This document shows positions 1 through 9,854 of a stretch of DNA of 64,000 nucleotides, piece after piece. How positions within the stretch are numbered: position 1 is the stretch's first letter; the number at the start of each line of letters is the position of its first letter. Made by a program: the position numbers and the translations under genes. Origin of the DNA: a virus. The notes under the pieces are model-generated. The model was not told where the DNA came from, did not search any database, and was given only the letters and a program-made list of their open reading frames with translations. The stretch lies in the IMG/VR virus record IMGVR_UViG_3300037485_001282, positions 32,001 through 96,000 of that record. The stretch is one strand, 5' to 3'.

Positions 1-1
1 T

Positions 2-565
2 TCTAATGTAATCTTCGTGCCCTAATGTAAGTGCCCAATACTCAAAAAAGGACGGATCGAGTCTTTCTATATCGATTAATTTATATAGATCCGTGACATC
101 TTTATGCATTCTGTCGAAAAACCGACTAAGAGATAAAACCAAATCATCAAATTCTGGTGATTTGACTTCATCATAGAGCGGAAATTTATTAATTAGAAAC
201 TTAAAAAATCTTGATTGTACATCTACTTGTTTAGTAATTGAATGTGTAAAATAGAAAATATCGCCGTTGTATGTAAACGCATCAGACCAGATCTTTAATT
301 TAACGTATTCGGTTTTGGATTCTTTAAATTTATGATTAACTGTCTCTGAATTATAAAAAAATCCATCGCTAAATGACCATTCTATCTTGGATATGTTAGA
401 AATAAAGTAATCTGAAAGAGTTAGATCGCTTTTCTGTACATGGCCATCAATTTCTAAATCAACTGAATCTTGCAGTAACCCAGTTTGGTGTTCAGCGGTA
501 AAAAGGATTTTTTCATTAGCGTATGCGCCAATATTATCAAAGGTAAAGTTAGATAAAAATGTCAT
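2..565 (-). CDS. Baseplate wedge protein (gp7/P2 gpI-like), runs off the left window edge
   Basis: Not in the ORF track. ATG at 565-563 directly after the gp6 stop, and the frame stays open to the edge: MTFLSNFTFDNIG...IEWSFSDG..(PKD-like)..LIDIERLDPSFFEYWALTLG, resembling the gpI/gp7 motif. Synteny gp5-gp25-gp6-this gene. Confidence 0.55.
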   Translation of the reverse strand, partial: MTFLSNFTFDNIGAYANEKILFTAEHQTGLLQDSVDLEIDGHVQKSDLTLSDYFISNISKIEWSFSDGFFYNSETVNHKFKESKTEYVKLKIWSDAFTYNGDIFYFTHSITKQVDVQSRFFKFLINKFPLYDEVKSPEFDDLVLSLSRFFDRMHKDVTDLYKLIDIERLDPSFFEYWALTLGHEDYIR

Positions 566-566
566 T

Positions 567-3500
567 TTACTCTCTTTCGATTATTACGTCACCTAATTTT
601 GGAAATTCAAATTCAGATAATTGAATATCTAAACTATAATTCCATTCTCTGGTTCCGTCTATATTAAGTGTATCAAAAAGGGGCTGATAAATCTTTACCA
701 ACGATGGGTCTTTTGCTACTAGTTCCATTAATTTATTTCGTCTTGCGACATTAACATCGGAATCTGATGTTCTAAAATCGACATTATAATCACTTGCCGA
801 GAGTTTATTATCTGGGTCTTTATTTAACATTACTTCAAAAGAATCTATGTTTTCCGTGTTAATTAAAGAGGAAATCTTCGAATGATTTATTTTCTCCCCT
901 AAATTATGTTGAGAAAGATCGGAAAAGTATTCTTCTAAATTTTTTCTAATTTGTGTTTCTATTACTTGACTGCTACCGTTTCTGTTTTTCTTATATCTAA
1001 TTGCAACATCAATGGGAACCCAAGATGCAGCAAAGATCTCAACTTTAGTGCCAGACATTTTAAATATATTATTATCTAATTGAGATTTTAAGTAATCTCT
1101 CAAGTTTTTATTGATGTAATTTGACCCGTCCTTATTAAGTCCGATAACAAATATATGATTAAACCAGTAGTTAGCTAAATCGTTCTGTGGAATTAACGAC
1201 TTTAGTTTAGCTTCTTCATAAGAAAATACTTTCGATTTAACTAGATAGTCAGTAAAGGCGACCGAGATATATTTAACATAGTCTGGAATAGAAACTAATC
1301 TATTTTGGGTAACAAAGAAATTAGATGAATTTTGGCGTAACTCGTCTGCGGTCTCTACATCGTTTCCACCAAAAGAATTCTTATTCTGTACTATAGTAAT
1401 ATCCGATGTTTTGAGTTTTGTGTTTTCGGTATCTATTATTCTGGTTTCAACATTGTTTCCGTTAAAATAGAGTTTAGATTTAAGTCCAATTAAATTCACT
1501 AAATTTTGTTCAAACTCTATAGATGTTACGTCATTTCCTAGAATATATTGCGATAAAATGACGTTTGTGGAAAGAGTGTTTTTAGTTATGTTTCCTTCAG
1601 AACCAACCGAATTAAGACCTATAATTAATACTTCGGAGTCTAAAATTGATGTTCCCCAATGAACGGTATCACCAAACTCTATCGATAATTTTTCGGAAGA
1701 AGACATTGTTAATTTGAATATTTTTTCACCTGGATAAAAGGATGTATTAGTTGTAAATCCAGATCTTTGCCACTCGTCCCAATTTCCTTCTTTATTTTTC
1801 ACAAAGACTCGGATTGAGTTTGTTGAGATTTGATTATTTCCAATAATAAATTTTATGTCTCTCTCATATGTTCTTGATGGATCTAAGTATAAATCAAATC
1901 CGTTTGTCGATGAGTCAATTACGCTGTTAGCGTTTATGTGCGAGATTGCTGGTGAACCTTCATATAGATTATCTATCTTAAATGTCTCTGGAATGTTAAT
2001 GAATAAGAATCCAGGGATTTGATTATTAAGGGTATTTTGATCCGAGAAAAGAATCTCGCCGTGTTTTTGATAAGTATAGTCTTCGGAAAAATCAACATAC
2101 CAATCAACTATAATATCATTATCATCCGATGATTGCTCTGCGTTAATGGTGAATCCAGATGACGATTTATTAGTGTACCATAGTAATATATTTCTATTAG
2201 AAACTAATTGAATAGAATAGTTATTGTCAGAGATTAAATTTTTAAACTTAATATCATACCCATTTATAATATCTGTTTTGCTCAATACCAAACGACCAGA
2301 TTGTTTATTTGAATTTAGTGATTCTAGTGGTATTTGAGAATCTAAATAATTGTATGCGCTCCAAGACACTTTTCCAATAAAATTTCTGTTTGACTTTATA
2401 GTAAATCCATTTGCTGTTAGATTTTCATACCATACTTCAATATTGTCATTTGGAGTAAGCATTACCATATAGTTACTAACGGGAACATTATTTTCGATGA
2501 CTTCTGATAGAGGAGAATTGAATATGACTTTCATTTCCTTAATATTGGGTTCTATGGTTTCGGTAGCTATCCAATTAATGTCCCCACTGAAATTAGAATT
2601 TGGTTCTATATAAATTGTAAATCCGTTTATACTTTGACTAGCGTACCATTTTCTTATATTACTAGTCGAAGATAAGTTAATTTGATATGTTGCGTTTGAG
2701 AATGGTTTATTGAAAATAACTTTTGATTTATATGTACCACTAGAAAAAGATACTGTTCCTGCTTTTTGAACAGTTGATTTTGTTTGTAGGTTACTAACTA
2801 CTTGAAAGTCACCAAAACGATTTCCACCAGTAGTTAATAGGGTTGGTGTGCCTGTGATTGGATCTATAAACTTAGTAAATATTTTACCAATTATTATCTG
2901 ATTTGATGATGGTTGATTAGATGTTATATCCAATTTTGCACCATAGTTAATATTGGGTAAGTCTGGATTGTTAATTGTTAATAGTACATTATATTCTGGG
3001 ATTCCCCTATCCCAGAAATCTGGTTTTATCTTCGATGATTCGATTGTTCCCGAACTAAATGTATAAATTTTTCCTTCAACCAATACACCTAAAGGTGGTT
3101 TAGATCCGTCTTTGTTTATTATTAATTTTATTTTTTCTACTGATTTTGGGCGATTGGTCATTGTATCGTATTCTAGCGACACGCTCTCTAAATTTTGAAT
3201 TCCAGTATTTCCGACGTAAAATCTATTAAAAGTATAAGTATCTAATAACTTTATTGTGTAGAAAGAATTTGTATTATCTGTTGGTTGAAGCATAAAAGAC
3301 ACAATAACATCGTTTTCTTTTTCCCCGATATTTGATATATTATCGGTAACTGTTAAATATGTCTGTGAATTCGACTGATTATAGTTGAATAGCAAATAAT
3401 ACTCTACATTTGGTAATAAATTAGACCCATAGTTAAGTGTATTAATTGTAATACGAAACGGTTGACCAGTTGATGAACTGTTAGAAGGAGATACGAGTGG

Positions 3501-4163
3501 ATAGTTAGCGGTATCGTAACCTCTGTAATTAGAAATATCATTCTTATTTAAGATTCTAAGAGGCTTATAGATGGACAATGGAATAGAGAAACCATCAGAT
3601 AGATAACTAATTTGATTATCGTTAGTAAAATAAGAAGCGGGGGCAGTAAATGGTAGAGACTGACCTCTGTATGTAATATCTGAAAATTCTAGAGGTCTTA
3701 CCCCATATGATTTTATTATATAGTTTACTGGTTCGATATTAGTAAATTGAAAATTTTTATTAGTATTAACTGTTGGTTTGGCTGAAGGAAAAATTGAGTA
3801 GGCTGGGATTTCAATTTGCTGTCCGTTTTTAGACATAACATATTCTGAAGAAAGCGAAGCGATAACATCTACTTTACTAGAAGTAACTCCTCTTGCCTCG
3901 TATCTTAATAATTCAGCGAATTTTATAATATTTTTATACTTTTTAGCGGTAGGTTGAAAGATCTCATTAGCGGCTGAATTAATATAATATCCAAATAGTT
4001 GACCAACATATGCCGCAATATCTGTATATGTTCTGATATTAGAACCCATTACATCAATATCTTTAAAGGAGTTTGTTTCTTTAATATATGATATTAACTC
4101 TAATCTCAATGATTCAAAGTCATATGCAGTATAATTTATGGTTCGTATGTTTTTATTATCCAT
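567..4163 (-). CDS. gp6: Baseplate wedge subunit gp6-like, with internal repeated beta domains
   Basis: N-terminal YDFESLRLELISYIK..FKD.D..GS and C-terminal IEFGD, GSEGNI, GGNDVETADELR, QNRLVS..DY motifs of gp6/baseplate J. Follows gp25. Confidence 0.85.
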   Translation of the reverse strand: MDNKNIRTINYTAYDFESLRLELISYIKETNSFKDIDVMGSNIRTYTDIAAYVGQLFGYYINSAANEIFQPTAKKYKNIIKFAELLRYEARGVTSSKVDVIASLSSEYVMSKNGQQIEIPAYSIFPSAKPTVNTNKNFQFTNIEPVNYIIKSYGVRPLEFSDITYRGQSLPFTAPASYFTNDNQISYLSDGFSIPLSIYKPLRILNKNDISNYRGYDTANYPLVSPSNSSSTGQPFRITINTLNYGSNLLPNVEYYLLFNYNQSNSQTYLTVTDNISNIGEKENDVIVSFMLQPTDNTNSFYTIKLLDTYTFNRFYVGNTGIQNLESVSLEYDTMTNRPKSVEKIKLIINKDGSKPPLGVLVEGKIYTFSSGTIESSKIKPDFWDRGIPEYNVLLTINNPDLPNINYGAKLDITSNQPSSNQIIIGKIFTKFIDPITGTPTLLTTGGNRFGDFQVVSNLQTKSTVQKAGTVSFSSGTYKSKVIFNKPFSNATYQINLSSTSNIRKWYASQSINGFTIYIEPNSNFSGDINWIATETIEPNIKEMKVIFNSPLSEVIENNVPVSNYMVMLTPNDNIEVWYENLTANGFTIKSNRNFIGKVSWSAYNYLDSQIPLESLNSNKQSGRLVLSKTDIINGYDIKFKNLISDNNYSIQLVSNRNILLWYTNKSSSGFTINAEQSSDDNDIIVDWYVDFSEDYTYQKHGEILFSDQNTLNNQIPGFLFINIPETFKIDNLYEGSPAISHINANSVIDSSTNGFDLYLDPSRTYERDIKFIIGNNQISTNSIRVFVKNKEGNWDEWQRSGFTTNTSFYPGEKIFKLTMSSSEKLSIEFGDTVHWGTSILDSEVLIIGLNSVGSEGNITKNTLSTNVILSQYILGNDVTSIEFEQNLVNLIGLKSKLYFNGNNVETRIIDTENTKLKTSDITIVQNKNSFGGNDVETADELRQNSSNFFVTQNRLVSIPDYVKYISVAFTDYLVKSKVFSYEEAKLKSLIPQNDLANYWFNHIFVIGLNKDGSNYINKNLRDYLKSQLDNNIFKMSGTKVEIFAASWVPIDVAIRYKKNRNGSSQVIETQIRKNLEEYFSDLSQHNLGEKINHSKISSLINTENIDSFEVMLNKDPDNKLSASDYNVDFRTSDSDVNVARRNKLMELVAKDPSLVKIYQPLFDTLNIDGTREWNYSLDIQLSEFEFPKLGDVIIERE

Positions 4164-4174
4164 TTAAATCACCT

Positions 4175-4558
4175 TTAATTTTTTTGTATGGTTATGTCAA
4201 CTTGATCGTTTAGTTTCTTGTCGTTCACAAAATATTTTATCGATATTTCATAACCAGGAACAGAATCATTTATGATTTTTATTTGTATCTTATTAATAGT
4301 AATTCTTGTTTCAAATAATTCTAATTGTTTTTGAATTTCTGTTGCTATTGCTGACGCTACTTCTTCGTTTATAGGCTCAAAAAGAAATCGTTCAATGCCT
4401 ACGCCAAATATTGGCATCATTACTCTAGAACCTCTTGGGGTTTTTATTATAGTGTAAATTGACTGCTTAACCGAATCCAAGTCCGTTACTGTTGTTAAAT
4501 CACCAGCGGAATTAAGTTTAGGGTTAAATGCCAAATCAGAATAAATCGGAACCGCCAT
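4175..4558 (-). CDS. gp25: Baseplate wedge subunit gp25/GPW
   Basis: YSDL..., DSVKQSI..II.TPRGSR.M.P.FG, FEP, FETRI motifs. Confidence 0.92.
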   Translation of the reverse strand: MAVPIYSDLAFNPKLNSAGDLTTVTDLDSVKQSIYTIIKTPRGSRVMMPIFGVGIERFLFEPINEEVASAIATEIQKQLELFETRITINKIQIKIINDSVPGYEISIKYFVNDKKLNDQVDITIQKN

Positions 4559-4560
4559 AA

Positions 4561-4584
4561 ATAAAGCCTCTGGCTTTATTTATA
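4561..4584 (-). promoter_or_regulatory. T4-type late promoter (TATAAATA, 4584-4577) overlapping an RBS-containing hairpin upstream of gp25
   Basis: Minus strand reads TATAAATAAAGCC-AGA-GGCTTTAT-TT-ATG. gp55 is encoded in the window. Confidence 0.7.
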
Positions 4585-4592
4585 AGATTCGC

Positions 4593-6326
4593 TCATTCTA
4601 TTTCTGATTTATTAGTAACTACTGCCACTGAATTTATAGTTGCTGAAAATGATTTATTAACGTATGAGTCTGCTTTAGTTGGTTCGCTAACTTGGTCCGC
4701 TGGTAGAATAACTACTGGAACGGGAACTCCAGGCGTGCCAATCCCAAGAGTAACTTTTCCAAGTATATTTGAAACTGGGCCTCCAATATTGACCACAGAT
4801 CCATTAAATGCAGCGTTCCCACCAGATTTAAGGGTCATATTACTTGAAGCCATCATTGAAATAGCTTTGGAATTAATAAGAACATCACTATCAATATTTG
4901 ACTTATCGGCTTTTATGGAGACTACATTAGATGATAATATCCAGTTAGGTACGGTGAAACTAACGGATTTATTGGATTTAAAAGAGGTAAAACTACTCGA
5001 AAAAGACGTATCAGTAGCAGACTTTGATGATATTGATCCATCGGATAGGAGACTAACCTTGCCTTTTGAATGTAAAATAGACTCAGATAGTGATGTGAGG
5101 TTTATTTTTTTCGCTTCGGATAAAATAGTTCCTTCAGCTTTAGATGAGATATTTGTTGAATATAAGTCTATAGCTACTTTTGATTTCATGATTATGTCTT
5201 GATCAGCCGAAAATTGAATAGTCTTTCCCGAGAAATTCAAATTAGATTTCGGCGCGGACATATTAATGTCGCCGTTCTCCGCGAGTACATTGATATTCCC
5301 GTTTCTACTAACAACACCAACATTATCCATAACATTTATATTGGCTGTTTTTTCACATTGTATAAAGCAATTATTCTTAACATATACCGACATATCACCC
5401 AAAATATATACCTTTTTATTACCAGCAACTATATTTGTCTCATCGTTCTTTTTTCCGCTAGAATGATTGGGGGTAATTGGATCGCTGATAATTGGATTTG
5501 TTGTTCCAACGATGGTAGTTCTTTGACCAAACTCATCAGTATATTCCAAATAACCTTTATGCATAACATAAAGTTTCTCGGTTTCATTTTCGTGAACAGA
5601 AATACAGGTTGTTCCACCAGGAGAAGTCCAACTCGATACTTTACTATTCAGATTTAAATAATTTTCAGTAAAAAAAGAATCACCTATATCTATATTAGGT
5701 GTTTCTATGGGTGTTCCTATCTTTATTTTATCAGATATAACACCAGTTCCAACGTGAGTAACTTTGTCTATCTCTATAAACTTTAAAAGATTAGTTGCGG
5801 TTGCTGCTTTGTCATATACTTCGTTACTTATTTTTTCTTTTTGAGTCTTCCAATCTCTAGCATCAACCGCCATTGCTATATATTTTGGGTATAGGTGGCA
5901 CCCATCATCAAAGAAAATCCAAACTATAGACCCTTTTGCTGGAACATCAAATTTTCCACCAGTTCCACAATTAAGTAACTTATCGTCCTGCCACTCTTGG
6001 ATAGTTATTAACTTAGTTGTTTGCTTGTCTGGCATCGGTGTGGAAGGAAACTCTTCGAAAACCGATGGAGCATATCTCCCGACTGGCTTAACTGTTGATT
6101 TAATATCCTTAGTGTTAAAACCACCGCTATATGAAATTGAGATTGCTGGTTCAGCCCAAGGTAAATGGGTGATCGGAGTTTCTAAAGGATCCATTGAATG
6201 GATCCCAAGAATACGAATTCTAATTCGGCCTGCGTCTAAAGGATCTTCAGAGTCCTCGACTAATGCCTTTTTAAATCCGTTTATTTTATAATCTTCAATC
6301 GCATAATCGCTATAATCAACATCCAT
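4593..6326 (-). CDS. gp5: Baseplate hub/central spike gp5 (VgrG-like), no recognisable lysozyme domain
   Basis: Gp5 OB-fold motifs DPLDAGRIRIRILGIH..LPWA and VPAKGSIVWIFFDDG; long Ser/Ile/Lys-rich beta-helix C-terminus. Confidence 0.85.
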   Translation of the reverse strand: MDVDYSDYAIEDYKINGFKKALVEDSEDPLDAGRIRIRILGIHSMDPLETPITHLPWAEPAISISYSGGFNTKDIKSTVKPVGRYAPSVFEEFPSTPMPDKQTTKLITIQEWQDDKLLNCGTGGKFDVPAKGSIVWIFFDDGCHLYPKYIAMAVDARDWKTQKEKISNEVYDKAATATNLLKFIEIDKVTHVGTGVISDKIKIGTPIETPNIDIGDSFFTENYLNLNSKVSSWTSPGGTTCISVHENETEKLYVMHKGYLEYTDEFGQRTTIVGTTNPIISDPITPNHSSGKKNDETNIVAGNKKVYILGDMSVYVKNNCFIQCEKTANINVMDNVGVVSRNGNINVLAENGDINMSAPKSNLNFSGKTIQFSADQDIIMKSKVAIDLYSTNISSKAEGTILSEAKKINLTSLSESILHSKGKVSLLSDGSISSKSATDTSFSSSFTSFKSNKSVSFTVPNWILSSNVVSIKADKSNIDSDVLINSKAISMMASSNMTLKSGGNAAFNGSVVNIGGPVSNILGKVTLGIGTPGVPVPVVILPADQVSEPTKADSYVNKSFSATINSVAVVTNKSEIE

Positions 6327-6350
6327 AGTTCCAACTCAATTTATTAAACC

Positions 6351-6358
6351 TATTTATA
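6351..6358 (-). promoter_or_regulatory. T4-type late promoter for gp5
   Basis: Exact TATAAATA on the minus strand 24 nt upstream of the gp5 start. Confidence 0.7.
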
Positions 6359-6784
6359 TCAAAAAAAGAAAAGATCCCATACCAGTTTTTCTTTGCCGCT
6401 ATCGTCGGTAATCTTCTTTTCTAAAATTGTAATTCCTCTATATATCCATCGGTTTTGTTGTGCGTGTTGCAACAATGAAGTATAATTTTCATGGGTTGCT
6501 TCTATTTGAACTATTTCACCCACCATAGGTACTGGTTGTAAACTAGGACCGAATTGATTTTTAGCAACGCTTGGGTTATTTGGTACTTCGGGTGGAATAA
6601 ACGCTTTCAATTTATCAGTATTAGTCGAAATAAATTGTAAAATCTGTTCCCTCGATTTTATATTTGAGTTATCTGCCATATAACTGTATATTGGTTCTGT
6701 AATATCATCGTTAATAGATATTAACAAATTTCTAAAGTTTTTATCTCCGACTAATCTAGATAAAAAATATTCTGGATTTACCAT
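6359..6784 (-). CDS. Hypothetical protein
   Basis: 141 aa ORF with AAGGA RBS. Confidence 0.7.
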   Translation of the reverse strand: MVNPEYFLSRLVGDKNFRNLLISINDDITEPIYSYMADNSNIKSREQILQFISTNTDKLKAFIPPEVPNNPSVAKNQFGPSLQPVPMVGEIVQIEATHENYTSLLQHAQQNRWIYRGITILEKKITDDSGKEKLVWDLFFF

Positions 6785-6801
6785 GGTTAATTCCTTTAAT
6801 T

Positions 6802-6828
6802 AAAAAAGCCCTCGTTTGAGCGAGGGCT
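6802..6828 (-). terminator. Intrinsic terminator
   Basis: AGCCCTCG-ctcaaa-CGAGGGCT followed by a T run on the minus strand. Confidence 0.8.
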
Positions 6829-6853
6829 ATTGTACCACAATTTGTTGTTTATT

Positions 6854-7054
6854 TCACGCAACAAGGATCTTAGCGCCATAATGGCGACTAACATAGTTAG
6901 CAACACTCTTAGTAAGGTGTGTGGCTCGACTACGATCCTTAACCCAAATGTACTTGGATTGGGTTGCGGTTACCCGATTCTTGCGAAGAGTGAGGTATTG
7001 GCCTCCTGTGGTGCGGGTGTAAGCAATGAATGCTTGTGATTTTGATTTGGACAT
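6854..7054 (-). CDS. Small basic hypothetical protein (start revised to MSKSKSQ)
   Basis: AAGGAG RBS before the ATG at 7054. The track's TTG start at 7108 falls inside the promoter. Confidence 0.6.
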   Translation of the reverse strand: MSKSKSQAFIAYTRTTGGQYLTLRKNRVTATQSKYIWVKDRSRATHLTKSVANYVSRHYGAKILVA

Positions 7055-7081
7055 GTTATGTCTCCTTTCATCATGGCCATG

Positions 7082-7108
7082 ATTATACCATACTATTTTT
7101 AATTTCAA
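7082..7108 (-). promoter_or_regulatory. Sigma70-type promoter (TTGAAA-N15-TATAAT, extended -10 TG)
   Basis: Seen directly upstream of the 7054 ORF. Confidence 0.5.
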
Positions 7109-9048
7109 CTAATTAATTTTAGAAACTCATCTTCGCTTATTATTTTACTGCCAAGTTTCTGCGCTTTCTGGTTCTTAGATGATCCAGAATGCGGATCGTT
7201 AGTAACTAAGTAAGTTAACCCCTTGGTTACTGATGACTTACAATCCCCACCATACTTTAAGACATTATCCTGTGCTTGCTTTCTATTCATGGAATTTAGT
7301 TCCCCAGTAAAGCAAAAAGACATTCCTTGGAGTTTATTAGAGAACAGTGTTGGCTTCTCATAGTTTCTTATAGTTACTAAAGCAGCCAGTTCCAAAATAT
7401 ATTCTTTTTTGTTTCTAATAGATTCTTTAAGTTCCTTTATAGAGGTTTCAGCAAAGCCAGGAACGTGACCTAAGCCTCTATCGGAAGGAACCTCTATAAA
7501 ATCTATTACATGCTTTAGAGAGATACTATCTGTTTCTATTTGCATGTATTCTAGTAACTTAGTCCACATTCTGCAACCAAATCCATCTAAGTTAAGACCA
7601 CCAAGGAACTTATTTAAGTCAATATTTAAAGTTGATTTAATTTGTTCTTGGAGAGTTTCTAATTTAGAGTCACCCATACCTTCAATAGAAAGGATCTTTT
7701 TAGTTACTTCTTTACTCGGCTCTGCTAATTTAATAAACTCTGGAAGACTAGTTGCTATTTTATTTTCGAAAAGTAAATCAATAGTTTTTTCAGCTACACC
7801 TTTAGTCTCATTAACTTCAAGCCACTTAATAATATTCTTTTTATTTTTCTCTGGGCACTCAGGATTATTACATACCAGCCAAGCCATTTCATCATCGTTA
7901 ATATTAGTTGCGTAGGAGACGTTTCCACCACAAATAGGGCAAGAGGACGAAGCAACTACTTTAGCGCCACCATGAGCCTCTAAGACCCTTTCTACTTGGG
8001 GAATTACATCGTTTCTTCTGGTGATTTCAACAGTATCTCCAATACATAAGTTCAATGAGTCAATATAAGAAACGTTATGGAGACTTGCTTTACTGATAGT
8101 TACCCCAGCGACTTCGGTAGGTGATAGAATAGCGACTGGATTGATTCGCTCACCAGATACTTGCCAAATAACATCAAGTAGCTTTGCTTTTCCTCTTTGA
8201 TTGGGGAACTTCCAAGCTACTTGAAATGCTGGATATGCCCAAGTGTCTTTCTTTTTAGTGAGCGGCTTAATAACTAAACCATCAATGTCATAATCGAGTT
8301 TCTCTCGTTTATCATTATGGTAACTCTCGTAAATAGAATAAACTTCAGAGGAACTTCTAGTAACTTGATAAGGAACTACATCGAATCCTAGTTCCTTTAA
8401 TTTTAATAAGTCATTTAATTCACTCTGGTCGGAACTATTAAGGATCGAATAGACAATCACATTTAAAAAGTGACATTTAGATCCTGAAAGTTCCTTGGCT
8501 GATCCAGTAGCCATGTTTCTACAGTTTCTGCCTTTAAGTTCTTCTGGAAGACTATTAAAGACTGATTTTTTAAGAACTATTTCGCCTCTAATTACTAATA
8601 GAGAATCATGTTTAATAAACTGAGGAACTCCTTTCATCTTCTGAACGTTCCTAGTAATGTTTTCACCAACTTCACCAGTTCCTCTAGTTACTGCGGATAC
8701 TAAAGTTCCTTTAAGGTACGTTAAGGCGATAGACATACCATCTAGTTTCTCTTCAACTACTTTATGCTCCTTATTATCCCATCTTTCGTATTCGGGATAG
8801 GTATTGACTTTATTTAAAGAACCTAGAGGAAAATCATGCTTCTGTTTTTCCCAATTAGAATCTTCAAGGGTCTCAGAAAGCGCCTCTGAAGCTACTTTTT
8901 TAAGATAGTCGTTATCTGGATCTAATTTTCTTAGAAGATCCTTTAGACGATCATATTCAGAGTCACTAATTTTTGAGCTTCCGTCACCATAATAGGCTGC
9001 GTCAGCTACACTTAGCTTCTCCAGTAAATTTTGAATAATTTGCGACAT
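7105..9048 (-). CDS. ligA: NAD-dependent DNA ligase
   Basis: YY..ISD.EYD, EEKLDG adenylation motif, TRGTGEVGENIT, DIDGLVIK, C4 zinc finger, C-terminal BRCT domain. Confidence 0.96.
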   Translation of the reverse strand: MSQIIQNLLEKLSVADAAYYGDGSSKISDSEYDRLKDLLRKLDPDNDYLKKVASEALSETLEDSNWEKQKHDFPLGSLNKVNTYPEYERWDNKEHKVVEEKLDGMSIALTYLKGTLVSAVTRGTGEVGENITRNVQKMKGVPQFIKHDSLLVIRGEIVLKKSVFNSLPEELKGRNCRNMATGSAKELSGSKCHFLNVIVYSILNSSDQSELNDLLKLKELGFDVVPYQVTRSSSEVYSIYESYHNDKREKLDYDIDGLVIKPLTKKKDTWAYPAFQVAWKFPNQRGKAKLLDVIWQVSGERINPVAILSPTEVAGVTISKASLHNVSYIDSLNLCIGDTVEITRRNDVIPQVERVLEAHGGAKVVASSSCPICGGNVSYATNINDDEMAWLVCNNPECPEKNKKNIIKWLEVNETKGVAEKTIDLLFENKIATSLPEFIKLAEPSKEVTKKILSIEGMGDSKLETLQEQIKSTLNIDLNKFLGGLNLDGFGCRMWTKLLEYMQIETDSISLKHVIDFIEVPSDRGLGHVPGFAETSIKELKESIRNKKEYILELAALVTIRNYEKPTLFSNKLQGMSFCFTGELNSMNRKQAQDNVLKYGGDCKSSVTKGLTYLVTNDPHSGSSKNQKAQKLGSKIISEDEFLKLIS

Positions 9049-9073
9049 AAGTTTCCCTTCGTTGCTGATAGGA

Positions 9074-9100
9074 ATTATATCGTAATATTTTTAAAGTCAA
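9074..9100 (-). promoter_or_regulatory. Sigma70-type promoter for ligA (TTGACT-N15-TATAAT)
   Basis: Seen directly upstream of the ligase. Confidence 0.55.
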
Positions 9101-9101
9101 T

Positions 9102-9347
9102 TTATTTGATTATGTAGATATTAATTTTCTTGCTAATTAAATCTAATAAATCTTCATTAAACTCATTTGCCTTGAAAATAACGGTATCGTCTTCGAAATC
9201 TACTTCAATACCAAAATCAGATGATGCTTCGATGAAATCCAGAAACATAATATCTGAAACTTTCTTAACTATACTTTGGGAGTCTCTATTAACGGAACAT
9301 ACTCCAATGGTAACATCTCCGTCAGTAGTGGTAAAATATTCAATCAT
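9102..9347 (-). CDS. Hypothetical protein
   Basis: 81 aa, GAGG RBS, overlapping stop/start with the upstream gene. Confidence 0.6.
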   Translation of the reverse strand: MIEYFTTTDGDVTIGVCSVNRDSQSIVKKVSDIMFLDFIEASSDFGIEVDFEDDTVIFKANEFNEDLLDLISKKINIYIIK

Positions 9348-9589
9348 TTGGCCCCCTCATAATAAAGTATATCTTGCATAATGTTTTTAACGTCTGTAGT
9401 TATAATTGTTTTCATTGATTCACCATAGCCATATTCAATAATGAAATATTTATACTTTCTACTGAACCATCCGTTAAATGGGACAGTTGTGTTATCCAAG
9501 AACTCTAAAACTGGATGGAGATTCTTTATAAATCCCTTTTTAAGTTTTATGAAAATCTCTTCGTCTAAATTAGCTACTTCGACGTACAT
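9344..9589 (-). CDS. Hypothetical protein
   Basis: 81 aa in a tightly packed operon. Confidence 0.6.
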   Translation of the reverse strand: MYVEVANLDEEIFIKLKKGFIKNLHPVLEFLDNTTVPFNGWFSRKYKYFIIEYGYGESMKTIITTDVKNIMQDILYYEGAK

Positions 9590-9590
9590 T

Positions 9591-9854
9591 TTATGTTTCC
9601 TTTAATGAATTTATTATAGCATCTATTTTATTTTGTTCTTCTAAAATTCGAACATCATCATCAAGAACGAACCAACCTCTCCAAAAACCATCTGGGGAAA
9701 CACAGAAAATACCTTGCTTCCCATTTGGTGAAATCGAAAGAGCGTTACCCATATTATCATATTCGACTAAAGATAAATTATTTTGATAATAAGAAATTAT
9801 TTTTTTTGCTCTGTCATTGAGACCTATTAAGCTAATCCTATGAAAATTATTCAT
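9591..9854 (-). CDS. Hypothetical protein
   Basis: 87 aa in a tightly packed operon. Confidence 0.6.
   Translation of the reverse strand: MNNFHRISLIGLNDRAKKIISYYQNNLSLVEYDNMGNALSISPNGKQGIFCVSPDGFWRGWFVLDDDVRILEEQNKIDAIINSLKET

Noticed and set aside
4593-6326. T4-style lysozyme domain in gp5
   Set aside because: No lysozyme catalytic motif is recognisable between the OB fold and the beta helix.
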